Shown: positions 46,777 to 56,989, counted from the first letter of the stretch. The stretch is DNA of 57,998 bases from a virus (IMGVR_UViG_3300033076_000962:1-57998); one strand, 5' to 3'. Translations and numbers: made by a program. Notes: generated by a model not told the origin, from the sequence alone.

Positions 46777-48639
46777 TTAAGTCTCGCACTGAGACTCAGT
46801 TGGCCCTGAACACCCAGGACAGGTGCTCTCTGTAGCTGTCGGTACGCAGATTTCAACTATTCCGTTGACATCATCAACGAACGCTGAACCTCCGATATCG
46901 ACTCTCCAGATGTTCTTAGAGATATCCAACCCTGCTGCTACAATCGTAGCATCTTGAGTTGTGCCATCTCCGTACTTCAGCACTACAGCATCCCCGTTAC
47001 CGTATGCACGAATCGGAGCGCGGAGTACTAGGTCGAGCTGAGTTGCATCTCCAGATACGGTCGAGTACTTCTCTACTGCTGTGCTACAAGCCATATCGTA
47101 CAGATTCCACAACCTGAAGTAACGTGGGCAACTAGCAACATCGCCAGTTATCGTTACCTTCACGCTCTTGCCATCATCACTCACATCCACTACCTCTGCA
47201 CTTACGAAACCTCCGCTTGTGCTTTCAAGTAGTAGGACATCTGATGCTGCAACATCCAGCGGAACAGTGAATACTACGAAGTAGTCTCCAGCCGTTACAG
47301 GATCAGCGAAGAACGCAGAGATTGTCGGCTCTGGACATGCCGGAGCTGCTAATTCATTGTCACACACTGTCTCCTCCGGTGGGCATACTAAGCTAGTATT
47401 GTAGAACCGAACCATCGTGCTCAGAGGCTTTCTAGGCCACATGATTGCAAATGAAGTGCTACGAGACATCAGCGCAATCTGCGCCCGTGTCCAGTAGAAT
47501 CCTACCAACCTACCTGGGTCATCCCGTGTCTCAGGGTTTGACCACTGGAAGTTATCCCAAAACCCGTTACCAGGTTGAGGTCCGAAGCTCGAACCCTCAC
47601 CCAAAGTCATAGGATCTTGACGAGTATACAATCCGAATGGATTCATACCGTGGATAATCATCTCCTCATGCGTAGCATAAGAAGGGTCCATGTACTGTGG
47701 ATTGATGCTAGTAAACGTACCTACGGTACCCTTTACTCCCTTAACCCATGGCAGTACTCGCACCCACCCCTTGCTATCACTCCAGTAGAACCTACGAGGA
47801 GTTAGGTAGCTGATAGGGAGGAACATATCACGCAAAGTATAATTCAGGTTATAACGCTGAATTAAATCATTGCCGTAACCTGAATCACCGGCTGCTGCAT
47901 AGCGCAGATCAGTACGGATCTTCGGGTCATCCCGATATATGGAGGTTAGCAACTCAGGAGAAGCTACTGCTGCATACAACGGCATATTATTTGAATACCC
48001 ATATGGGGTAATGTTCGGCATCATCCGAATCTGCTGATAGAAGAACTCCATCGCCTCGATAGTCGGGGCAGATAGAACAGTGCTTCCCTTTGGCAGATAG
48101 CTGAAAGGATCACCGGAGTTAGGTTTAAACCCTGCTGAATCCACCATGTACTTCAGAGTAATCTGAGACATGTAGTTCTGGCCTACGTTGACTTCCTTAT
48201 GGAAGGCAATCTGATTGTAGAAGCCTTGAACCATTGCAGAGAAAACCTGTTGGAAATCCCGTGTGGACGAAATCGCAGTAACACAGAAATCCGGTGTGCG
48301 GAAATCTTTACGCATTACCCGAAATGTCTTAGAGGTAAACGCATTACCCTCTAAGTTGTGGAAATTATATCCACAATTAGGAGTACAAAGAGCGCCACAC
48401 CCAGAAGGATCGTCAAGCAATTCCCAAGTACCAAAGCCTTCCTCTGCTTGCGGAAGCTCGCCATTGTACTCAAGCTCCTGCAAAGAAAGCCCTGCATCTG
48501 CTGGCCAAGGCTCAGGTTTTAGAAGATCACGATACCAGTTAGGAGCCTGAAGCTCCATATTTTTGATTGTCTGAGCAATTATCGGGGCGTTTGCAATAAA
48601 CGCCTGACGTGATTGCTCCGAAGAAATACATTGTGTCAT
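46777..48639 (-). CDS. Major capsid protein with ~200-aa C-terminal extension
   Basis: Follows portal and scaffold; own leader and terminator; 620 aa. Confidence 0.75.
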   Translation of the reverse strand: MTQCISSEQSRQAFIANAPIIAQTIKNMELQAPNWYRDLLKPEPWPADAGLSLQELEYNGELPQAEEGFGTWELLDDPSGCGALCTPNCGYNFHNLEGNAFTSKTFRVMRKDFRTPDFCVTAISSTRDFQQVFSAMVQGFYNQIAFHKEVNVGQNYMSQITLKYMVDSAGFKPNSGDPFSYLPKGSTVLSAPTIEAMEFFYQQIRMMPNITPYGYSNNMPLYAAVASPELLTSIYRDDPKIRTDLRYAAAGDSGYGNDLIQRYNLNYTLRDMFLPISYLTPRRFYWSDSKGWVRVLPWVKGVKGTVGTFTSINPQYMDPSYATHEEMIIHGMNPFGLYTRQDPMTLGEGSSFGPQPGNGFWDNFQWSNPETRDDPGRLVGFYWTRAQIALMSRSTSFAIMWPRKPLSTMVRFYNTSLVCPPEETVCDNELAAPACPEPTISAFFADPVTAGDYFVVFTVPLDVAASDVLLLESTSGGFVSAEVVDVSDDGKSVKVTITGDVASCPRYFRLWNLYDMACSTAVEKYSTVSGDATQLDLVLRAPIRAYGNGDAVVLKYGDGTTQDATIVAAGLDISKNIWRVDIGGSAFVDDVNGIVEICVPTATESTCPGCSGPTESQCET

Positions 48640-48813
48640 GTTACACCGCCTGAATAAAAAATTAAATAAACGCCAAAATGCGCTATACTTTATTTTCTAC
48701 AGACGGCAATTAACGTAAGCCAACGAGATAGCCTGTACGCTCCATTTGACAGGTTAGAGCTTTCCTGATTCTTCTATTAAGAACTGAAAAGCCCCCTATT
48801 GTCAACTATAATT

Positions 48814-50142
48814 TTAACGGCGATTGAAAACCGCAAGCGCAGCTTGTCCTGCTTCTTTAGGAGACATCGGCCCTTTAGTATTAGTATTAACTACCGGCCT
48901 TGCATTTCCAGCAGTATTTACTCCTGGCCGTAGATAAGTAGCAATCATCCCGTTATTACCCTCCAACTCAGCTATCCTTCTCTGAGCTGCTTCTAGTTGT
49001 TTTGCTACCCCTACGCTTCCGATAGCTAATTGAATTGACCTAGCTAATCCAGTAGCTAAATCCTCTGGAAGATTCTTTAATCCATTCTCATGTAATTTCT
49101 TAACCAACGCACCATACTGGATACCGGCCCTATGCTGATTGCTTTCCGCAACTTTGCTTCTTTCCGCATTTGTAGGATCTATAATTAACTCAGGAAATAG
49201 CCCCTCTGCTGCTGTTTTTTCTAGCGCCTTAGTCCAAGCAACCTTACTTACACTTTCAAATTGAGATGCAACTTGAGCAGCCTCTTGCTGCTTTCTTTCT
49301 CGATACTCAGCCTGAATCCGCTGCATTACTTCTGTTGGCTGCTTCTCCATCTCAAGAGCCAAACTGCCAAGCTCATGCAAATCCTGTACCAATCCTTCTA
49401 CCTTGGAAGCACCAAGAGCATCTGGAAAATACTTAGTAATTAATTGATTACGTTCCTTCTCGTTCTCAGTAGCTACTATTCTCTGTATCAACTGTTCTTG
49501 TATTGCAGGAGACACTCCATAGTCTTCAGCTAACTTAGCTAACGCTTGCTTCTTCTCAGCAGCCGGTTCAACAACCATTGTCTGATACTCATCAGACAAT
49601 TTACCACTTACAATAGTTTCATATTTCTCTAGTTCTTGGATTCTTAAATCTTTGGCTGTAATTATCTCAGGGACAACTTCCCCTTTCTCATATTTTTCTA
49701 GCTTACTCTTTACTTGCTCAAATTCTTGAGTCAAAGATCGCAAACTCTTTCTTTCGTTCTTTAGAGCCTCTCTAGCCCTCTTCCAATTTTCTGCCTTTGG
49801 ATCGTCAGGCACATCGGACATATCCGGTTCATCATCCACCGGAGGTGGAGCTACCTTTGGTTCTTCAGTAAATAGATTGACATCAGGTTGTGTATTTGGA
49901 GCAGGAGCACTGGCAGGAGCACTAGCAGGACTAGTAGGAGGAACAACAGGAGCACTAGCAGGAGCAGGATTCCCAACTACTTGAACAGTGGGCGCTCCAT
50001 TGCCATTTAGGTTAATCTGTTCAGGAGTCACCATCTGGGAGAACATGGTCTGCATAATGCTGCCCATATTGCCAGGCAACGCAGCCCCTCCACTTAAATC
50101 CCCTGGATTACTGCTTGCAATTATAGCTCCCGGATCACTCAT
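48814..50142 (-). CDS. Capsid scaffolding protein
   Basis: Pro/Ala-rich N-terminus, coiled coil, between portal and MCP. Confidence 0.7.
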   Translation of the reverse strand: MSDPGAIIASSNPGDLSGGAALPGNMGSIMQTMFSQMVTPEQINLNGNGAPTVQVVGNPAPASAPVVPPTSPASAPASAPAPNTQPDVNLFTEEPKVAPPPVDDEPDMSDVPDDPKAENWKRAREALKNERKSLRSLTQEFEQVKSKLEKYEKGEVVPEIITAKDLRIQELEKYETIVSGKLSDEYQTMVVEPAAEKKQALAKLAEDYGVSPAIQEQLIQRIVATENEKERNQLITKYFPDALGASKVEGLVQDLHELGSLALEMEKQPTEVMQRIQAEYRERKQQEAAQVASQFESVSKVAWTKALEKTAAEGLFPELIIDPTNAERSKVAESNQHRAGIQYGALVKKLHENGLKNLPEDLATGLARSIQLAIGSVGVAKQLEAAQRRIAELEGNNGMIATYLRPGVNTAGNARPVVNTNTKGPMSPKEAGQAALAVFNRR

Positions 50143-50486
50143 ATCTTGCTCCTTTTAAGTCTCTGCAATTCCTCTTCGGTCATCATCTTTTCTTTTATTA
50201 CAATATTTTCAGCTCCGAAGGTAGCCGTCATTCCTTTATTGTCCTTCTTAAATGCATACATTTCTAAGAAAAACTCTAAATGAGATACAGCATTTTGAAA
50301 TCCATGCGATCTAGCTGCTTGCACGGCCATCGCAGTTGCATTACTTCCCCCGTCAATAATATCGGGGTAGCCAAATTTCCTTAGTAAGTCTAGGAATCCT
50401 GCTTCTTTCAGCAGCTTCAATGCTTGCTGATACTTTACTACTTTATCGCTCTGCTCTAAAAAATCACTTATAATTTTAGTTATCAT
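50139..50486 (-). CDS. Hypothetical protein between portal and scaffold
   Basis: ATGA-coupled at both ends. Confidence 0.7.
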   Translation of the reverse strand: MITKIISDFLEQSDKVVKYQQALKLLKEAGFLDLLRKFGYPDIIDGGSNATAMAVQAARSHGFQNAVSHLEFFLEMYAFKKDNKGMTATFGAENIVIKEKMMTEEELQRLKRSKI

Positions 50487-52960
50487 ACAAAATCAGCCGG
50501 ATTAGGCGTACTACCAATATCTCCTTTTAACGAATTTTGTAATTCTTCGGTAGTAGTCCCTTCCAATAATTCCTTTGGTTGTCTTATTTTCTGTGACTCA
50601 TTTCTAGCTTTAAGCTCTACACTCAATCGCTCATTCTCAGCCTTAGCAATTACTCCCTGCTTCATAACTTCAGCTCTTGTCTTACTAGCTTCCTTAGCCC
50701 GTTCAACAGTAGCCTTAACCTTGTAATCCTTCCGTGCTTCATCCCTCTGAACCTTAAAGTCCTCTCTCTGCTGCTGCATCTGTTCAGCGGTCATCGCCTC
50801 TTCCTCTGCTGCCCTTCGTCTAATCTCAGCTTGCTGCATCTTCTGTACCCGTACCCGATTCAATTGAGCAAATTTACCCAACTGCTGCACTTGAGGCTTC
50901 ACCATCTCTACATATTGCTGGTTCAATATATCCTCTTCCAAGAACCCGACATGATCTTGAATATGAGGAATCATCAATGCAAAGTATCTGTCAGCCTCGA
51001 TAGGGTCCATCTGCTGTGCTTGAACATTCTTAATAACATCCATAGCATCGGACATGTGGCTTCCAATATGCGCCTTCTGCTGATTATCCCTAGTAGCCTG
51101 TGGCAACTGCCCACTCCTAACTACTATATTCTCCAATCTAGCAAGAGAGGCTCCTCCTTGTGCTTCATCCGGCTGCTCTGCATCCCCAAGATACCTATCA
51201 ACGTAATCAGCACCAAGACTACTAGTAACAAGATCAGACCGATAGTTATACTGTCCTTTTGCACTGAAACCCCCGGCTATCCCACCTACTTGCTTCAAGC
51301 CCATAATCAGGCCCAAGGAACTCCCGTCTCCTGCTACCCTAGCAGACCTTACTTTCAAGTGCTTAGGCAGCTTTCCCCTCTTAGCACCATTAAGTTTAAA
51401 TATCTCCTCCGGCACTCCTTCATCCATGCACCGTTCTTTCCACCTATCAAAGAACTCCCTATCAGGATGCCCCACCGGACAATGAAACTGCTTAACCACC
51501 ATCTGATACTCAAGAGTGTCAAAGGTTCTATAAAAATGATTTACAGTCTGCTTGCCTACCCCAAACTCTCTAATACTCTGCATCTGGATCTCAGGAGCCG
51601 ATTTGCTTCCTCTGTCCACATCCGGCATAGACGGGTCATCCCCACTAATCTGTGCGTTGCGATTTATCTTTCTCTCAAAGTACTGAGCTACATTTATTAC
51701 CTGACCAGTATTAGCTCCCAAGTTGTTCTGAGCCAACTTAGCAGTTCCAATGTTAGTCATGGTTCCAGGAATAAACCTGATAGGGTCTAAGTTCTGCCCC
51801 AACGTGCTAGGTGACTCAATCACCGGAGTACCGGCCATCTTAGCCATGTCCACTGTGTTACAGTCCAATTGCATCAATGCCTGACAAGCAGGGAATATCT
51901 TATGCCCTACTCCTCTATTCCCGTGGATATATCTCTCACCTGCTGAATATGTAAACGCTACTATAGCTTCTTCAAAGCACCCGTATTGCTCACTGGCATA
52001 GTACAAAAATTCATCCCCCGTAGTTCCGATAACAGGGTCAAATATCATCGTACTCACCTTTCCGCTGTACTCCTTGTAGTACAACGTACTTAGCATCACC
52101 ACGTCAGAGAAGAACGCAGCCGTATTAACAGCCCCATTCTGGATCAGCGTTTGCAAATCCAACATGTTCATAAATGCGTTCTGCGAATCCTGCTTGATTA
52201 TGTTGTTGGCTCGCATCAACAAATACTGCTCCACAGCAGCAATCTTCCAAGGTACCTTCTGCAAATCCTCATCGCTCAACTGACTCAGCATGTGGTACAC
52301 CCCCCACAAATATTGCATCGTAAAGGGTGTATCAACACACAAGTAGTCCCACTTGCTTACATTGCTGAATGTCTTATTTCCTATATAGAATCTGGAATAA
52401 TCCACCGACTCCCACTTGTAAGAGTTCTCATCCTTAAACACCACCGGAGATAAACCAAACTTAACCAACTGAGAGGCCATACTGGAGAACTCAATTGCAA
52501 AATCCCCCCATTCCTCCATTAAAATTTCAGTCCAGTGGCGAGACATCACTTCAGCCCAAGTGCTTAAATCCTGGTCATTTTGAGTTTCAAATTTGCGAAT
52601 CTCAAACTTAATCAAATAATTATTGTTGTTTATCAAATTCCAAAAGGTCAGAGCTGTCCTCTCAAACAAGCTCTTTGCATCAAGAAAGTTGGCATTGGTT
52701 ACATGATCCAGCCCTTGCGCCTTCAATTGTTCTTGGTCAAACGGAGGGTTCCCCGCAATTAATCCCTCAATCTCAGCAGCCAGATATATCCTATCCAGAT
52801 GCTCCATTCGCACATTGTTGTAATACGTCCTAGCAGCAGATACGTTTAGTATAATATTCTTGGGAGCATCCAGCTTCCCACTGCCGTTTTGAGTAATCAG
52901 CCCCCTACCGGATATACCACCAGGAGAATTAATATATCGTGTAGGGAATTGTGTATCCAT
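50483..52960 (-). CDS. Portal protein
   Basis: 825 aa; KSAPEIQ; C-terminal Gln-rich helix; position next to terminase and scaffold. Confidence 0.75.
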   Translation of the reverse strand: MDTQFPTRYINSPGGISGRGLITQNGSGKLDAPKNIILNVSAARTYYNNVRMEHLDRIYLAAEIEGLIAGNPPFDQEQLKAQGLDHVTNANFLDAKSLFERTALTFWNLINNNNYLIKFEIRKFETQNDQDLSTWAEVMSRHWTEILMEEWGDFAIEFSSMASQLVKFGLSPVVFKDENSYKWESVDYSRFYIGNKTFSNVSKWDYLCVDTPFTMQYLWGVYHMLSQLSDEDLQKVPWKIAAVEQYLLMRANNIIKQDSQNAFMNMLDLQTLIQNGAVNTAAFFSDVVMLSTLYYKEYSGKVSTMIFDPVIGTTGDEFLYYASEQYGCFEEAIVAFTYSAGERYIHGNRGVGHKIFPACQALMQLDCNTVDMAKMAGTPVIESPSTLGQNLDPIRFIPGTMTNIGTAKLAQNNLGANTGQVINVAQYFERKINRNAQISGDDPSMPDVDRGSKSAPEIQMQSIREFGVGKQTVNHFYRTFDTLEYQMVVKQFHCPVGHPDREFFDRWKERCMDEGVPEEIFKLNGAKRGKLPKHLKVRSARVAGDGSSLGLIMGLKQVGGIAGGFSAKGQYNYRSDLVTSSLGADYVDRYLGDAEQPDEAQGGASLARLENIVVRSGQLPQATRDNQQKAHIGSHMSDAMDVIKNVQAQQMDPIEADRYFALMIPHIQDHVGFLEEDILNQQYVEMVKPQVQQLGKFAQLNRVRVQKMQQAEIRRRAAEEEAMTAEQMQQQREDFKVQRDEARKDYKVKATVERAKEASKTRAEVMKQGVIAKAENERLSVELKARNESQKIRQPKELLEGTTTEELQNSLKGDIGSTPNPADFV

Positions 52961-52961
52961 C

Positions 52962-53537
52962 TTACTTGATTATCTCCTTCTGCCAGCAATTAACTTCATC
53001 ATATTTTTCCATCTGCGCTTTAGTCGGAACATCAATCTTACCATTGTAAAACACCTTCATATTCAGAGCACACTCACATACCCCACAGGTACCCAATTTG
53101 TCGTACTGCAACGTCTTATGCTTCCTTACAGAGTTAATCGCAATCAAATCCAGCCACGCCTTTACTCCCTCATTCTCCGGCATCCTGTTGTACTTGCATC
53201 CCACACATTGCAGCGCCCTCTTCTCTGCAACCTCCTGTGCAACTACACTGTCATACAAAAAGTTCTTTAACACTACGATACCTGCCTTCAACATCGGCAG
53301 TATTCCAATCTGCAACTTCTTCCCTTCACATCTGCCTACATTCTCAGGCAAAGAGCACCAATAGTTCTCCAGCACATCTTCCAGAAAATCTATTTCACTT
53401 AATCCATTCTGCGATCTATACGCCTTTATCCTAGATATTAATTGTTTTTTATTTGGTTCTTTGTATTTGTATCCGGTGTCAGGATCTCTGAATACATATT
53501 GATGCGGGCCTTGAAACGGCTTAAACTTATAAATCAT
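52962..53537 (-). CDS. Cys-rich Zn-binding hypothetical protein
   Basis: CVGC...CGVCEC...CW; GAGGGA RBS lies inside terL. Confidence 0.75.
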   Translation of the reverse strand: MIYKFKPFQGPHQYVFRDPDTGYKYKEPNKKQLISRIKAYRSQNGLSEIDFLEDVLENYWCSLPENVGRCEGKKLQIGILPMLKAGIVVLKNFLYDSVVAQEVAEKRALQCVGCKYNRMPENEGVKAWLDLIAINSVRKHKTLQYDKLGTCGVCECALNMKVFYNGKIDVPTKAQMEKYDEVNCWQKEIIK

Positions 53538-55467
53538 GAATATCCCTCAACTGATCCAAGACCAAGGGTGGTCACTTTACCAAGAGAATAAAAACGGCAA
53601 AGTCTCCTTTCTAGTTAAAACTCCATACGAAGATGACATCGGGCTTATCCAAGCCAAACATCCAGCCTTCATCCACCTAGATATTTACGCAAAGCATACA
53701 GCACCGGACACCAAGTTTCAACATCTTAAAAAAGCACGTCATTTGTTCTGGCCCGATAGAATATGGCACGACTGGACACGCAGACGCTACGAAGCCCATT
53801 GTCATAATTACAATTTCATCACACAAGCAGGAGGAGGTTCAAAAGGCAAATCCGCTGATTGGGCCGAGATAGCTACTCTCTTTTATTTCTCTAATCCATT
53901 AGAGAACAACGTAACTGTAGCCTCTACAACATTAGCTTCACTAAAGGGCCGTATATGGGGGTACATTACAGACCTAGTACGCACCATGGCGATACAGCCA
54001 AAATATACTTACAAATCCTCCCCTTCTCCCCAAATCCTACCTGTAGTACCGGATGCCAAGAAAGGAAGAGGATCAATTACTGAGGATACTCTACACGGCA
54101 TGTTTGCCGTTACAGCAAAAGTAGGCGATCCCTATACAGCAATCGCAAACTGGATTGGAAAACACCCTAAGAATAAAATTGTTATTATCTTAGACGAATG
54201 TACGGACATGCCTATATCCATTCTGGATGCTGTACCCAACCTAAACTCCCATCCTGAAAAATTCCAAATGGTAGGAATAGGTAACTCCAAATCCACACAA
54301 GACCTCCACGGCCTTTTATCCCACCCAGAGAACGGATGGGATAGTGTTTCAGTTGACCTTGATGAATGGAAAACCTCACAGTCCAATGGTATCTGTCAGT
54401 ACTTTAATCCCTACCGGTGTCCTGCGATTACAGACCCAGACCCAGAAAGAAGAAAGAAGTTATCCAAATTCTTAATAGGGAAGGAAAACCTAGAGCAGAA
54501 GGAACGCGATCTAGGAGTAGACTCTGAGAACTTCTACCGCATGGTTCTAGGTTTCTGGAAGTCTAGATCCACAGATGAGACTGTAACATCTGAAAAATTC
54601 CTAAATGATTTCTCTCCTAGAAAGAAGGTAGAATGGTCAGGGTATTTTCCCATACAGAGAGTAGCAGGGTTTGACTTTGCTATATCTTCAGACGGGGATT
54701 CACCCCTACTCAGAATAGCCAATGTGGGCCATGCAACTGATGGAACTGTAAAGGTCGATTTCTCTGGAGAATCTTCAATATTCAAATTACAGATGCTTGC
54801 CCTGGCTGATAAATCCTTTGAACTACAGATAGCTGACCAGATAATAGACTTGCTATTTAGGTACGGCGTAACAATGACCAACTTTGGTCTTGATGTCACC
54901 GGTCAGGGGAGGGCCATAGGTGAAGTTATTAGGTTAAGGAACGAACAAAAAGGGTACCCACTTGGTTTAGGTTTTCCGCTAAAGATATACGCCATGAGCG
55001 CCCACAATAAGACAAAGAGGAAGGAATCTGCATTGGATATACTTCCGGTATCCACTCATGACCTATGGAATGATATTAGAACTTACATCGAGAGAGATAG
55101 TATCCGAGGGCTTGACGAGAAAACTATTTATCAACTTACCAACAGGCTGATTATAAAGAAGAATGATAAATATATCTTAGAGTATAAACGAGACTACAAA
55201 AAGAGAATGGCAGCCAGAGGAAACGCTCATTCTCCTGACGAAGCTGACGCTACCTCTATAGTACTGCAAGTAGTCAAGCACAGGCTAGGGATCGCTCCTG
55301 GCACAGTATGGAAAGCTCCTGAACAATCTCAGGCCCAAGGGTACTTAGATAAAGTAAACGCTATGGTACGAGAACAGCAAAGGCCGGTGGTTAAGCCAGC
55401 TCTCAGGATGCCTAGTTCTAGTTTTAGTAAAGGCGGTTTAGAGAGCTACGCAAAGTATAGGCGCTAG
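53536..55467 (+). CDS. terL: Terminase large subunit
   Basis: GGGSKGKS Walker A, IILDE Walker B, GIGNS, AGFDFA, HSPDEADA nuclease motif. Confidence 0.85.
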   Translation: MNIPQLIQDQGWSLYQENKNGKVSFLVKTPYEDDIGLIQAKHPAFIHLDIYAKHTAPDTKFQHLKKARHLFWPDRIWHDWTRRRYEAHCHNYNFITQAGGGSKGKSADWAEIATLFYFSNPLENNVTVASTTLASLKGRIWGYITDLVRTMAIQPKYTYKSSPSPQILPVVPDAKKGRGSITEDTLHGMFAVTAKVGDPYTAIANWIGKHPKNKIVIILDECTDMPISILDAVPNLNSHPEKFQMVGIGNSKSTQDLHGLLSHPENGWDSVSVDLDEWKTSQSNGICQYFNPYRCPAITDPDPERRKKLSKFLIGKENLEQKERDLGVDSENFYRMVLGFWKSRSTDETVTSEKFLNDFSPRKKVEWSGYFPIQRVAGFDFAISSDGDSPLLRIANVGHATDGTVKVDFSGESSIFKLQMLALADKSFELQIADQIIDLLFRYGVTMTNFGLDVTGQGRAIGEVIRLRNEQKGYPLGLGFPLKIYAMSAHNKTKRKESALDILPVSTHDLWNDIRTYIERDSIRGLDEKTIYQLTNRLIIKKNDKYILEYKRDYKKRMAARGNAHSPDEADATSIVLQVVKHRLGIAPGTVWKAPEQSQAQGYLDKVNAMVREQQRPVVKPALRMPSSSFSKGGLESYAKYRR

Positions 55468-55853
55468 TATTTGACGTTGCCGTATTCGTCTATCTCAAAG
55501 GGCTGTTTCTTATTCTCCTTCAAGTCCTTCATTATCTGTCTTCTGTGTTTATGTACAGCGAGTCCTGCTCCTACTAAATTGATAAGAGAGCGAGTTGACT
55601 TAGCGAACTTAAATCCCTTGTGTATGTTCTTTAGGTACATCTCTGAATCTGAAAGCTCTGCTTTTAACATAGCTCTCTCAAGGTCTTGAAGGTTGAGGTA
55701 GTCGAGCTGTTCGTCAGTTACCGGCTGCTGAATGGGAGCTACCTGGAGGGAAGATACTGATTGTGATTGCAGCTCATTGGAGTTGGTAATCTCCGGTGCT
55801 GCTTTATCATAGTCATCCTCAAGTTGCATGGGCAGGTCAAAGTCGTCCGTCAT
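55464..55853 (-). CDS. Hypothetical protein, terminase small subunit candidate
   Basis: Size and position; start MTDDF preferred. Confidence 0.5.
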   Translation of the reverse strand: MTDDFDLPMQLEDDYDKAAPEITNSNELQSQSVSSLQVAPIQQPVTDEQLDYLNLQDLERAMLKAELSDSEMYLKNIHKGFKFAKSTRSLINLVGAGLAVHKHRRQIMKDLKENKKQPFEIDEYGNVKY

Positions 55854-55970
55854 ATATTTATTATAGCTGAAAACTATAAATAAAAGAATACCCACACTAA
55901 GCGTGGGGGGCGGTAGGGTGGGGGCGTCTGAAACACTGGCTCGACCGTGCCTGAAAGTTAAAAGATTCCT

Positions 55971-56065
55971 TTCGCGTGTGCTTCCGTGTGCTTCCGTGTG
56001 CTTGCGTGTGCCGTTGCGTGTGCTTGCGTGTGCTTGCGTGTGAGTGTGTGCCGTTGCGTGTGCCG
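55971..56065. repeat. Degenerate 10-bp tandem repeat (CTT[C/G]CGTGTG), ~9 units
   Basis: cttccgtgtg cttccgtgtg cttgcgtgtg ccgttgcgtgtg ... Confidence 0.9.
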
Positions 56066-56154
56066 ACTCTCACTATATACACTATAGAATACCCTCGAAT
56101 ATGCCATATTTTAGTTAATTAGTTTTGACAAACTAGTTAAGTAGAAGAGGTTTC

Positions 56155-56175
56155 AATAATAATAATAATAATAAT
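56155..56175. repeat. (AAT)7 microsatellite
   Basis: Read directly from sequence. Confidence 0.95.
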
Positions 56176-56199
56176 AAACTGTAAAATAATTAAACAAAA

Positions 56200-56229
56200 G
56201 TGTCATCAGTATATTGACAGTAGTATAAT
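56200..56229 (+). promoter_or_regulatory. Candidate early promoter overlapping a TGTCA-N9-TGACA dyad
   Basis: GTGTCA-18-TATAAT; AT-rich upstream. Confidence 0.45.
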
Positions 56230-56299
56230 AGTGGGAGAGTCTGAAGAGGCGATCAAGATCGACGTGATTAAATGCGACTAAATATAAAGGGATAGCACA

Positions 56300-56656
56300 A
56301 TGCAAGTAATAAATAATAGCAAAGTAAAATATAGATCAGCATCCAGACTAATCAGTGACTCTGAGTTAGCTACGCTTAAAAAATTAGCTGAAACCGGCTT
56401 AATTGAAGAGGCTGAGGTAGTAGCTGAGTACGTACCTAACAGCTATAAGGGAGCATACAAGTTGAGCTGTCAACGTGCATTCTACTCTCACACAGAACAA
56501 TCAATCGTTATATATGATGGCAAGTTAGAAACTAGGCCATACGGAAACGGCGCACGATACAAAGCGATAGCAATATCGGATGACGCTATAACTCAATTAA
56601 AAGCGGATGGTTGGAAACTCTTGTCTAAAGCAGCTAGAACGCTGGTAAGGAGATAA
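56300..56656 (+). CDS. Hypothetical early protein
   Basis: TATAAAGGG leader. Confidence 0.75.
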   Translation: MQVINNSKVKYRSASRLISDSELATLKKLAETGLIEEAEVVAEYVPNSYKGAYKLSCQRAFYSHTEQSIVIYDGKLETRPYGNGARYKAIAISDDAITQLKADGWKLLSKAARTLVRR

Positions 56657-56766
56657 CTTTGAGGATACCGAAAGCTCTGAATACCTAGACTTTTTCGGGA
56701 GTAACTAAATAGAATTACCGTTTCAGAATCACGACTTTTACACTAAAAATATAAATGGGTAAAATT

Positions 56767-56989
56767 ATGAAGAAACATCACGATACTAAACACAACCTGC
56801 TAAAAGTAGTCAAGCGTCTAAACTTTTACCTACTCTATACCTACCCATACCCTCACTTTATAGCTGTATATTACTCAGGTATGTTAGAGTACAACGATGG
56901 TAGAATTATATATATATAATGTAGCCTCTTTAACCTCTGCTAAAAAATTAGTTATGCAAGACGTGCTACGCTCCCAAAGTACTAAATAG
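56767..56989 (+). pseudogene. Frameshifted paralog of 903-1121 (break at (TA)6)
   Basis: GMLEYNDGRIIY / NVASLTSAKKLVM lie in two frames. Confidence 0.75.

Noticed and set aside
50831-51790. 319-aa + strand ORF and other antisense ORFs over long genes
   Set aside because: Shadow frames of the portal and other well-supported genes; no motifs
55905-55924. G-quadruplex as a stand-alone feature
   Set aside because: Only three clean G3+ tracts; kept only as part of the putative terminus region
55897-56082. 61-aa - strand ORF
   Set aside because: Translation of the 10-bp repeat array
56238-56280. Hammerhead ribozyme (CTGAAGA plus short stem)
   Set aside because: No GAAA core after stem II and no adequate stems I/III
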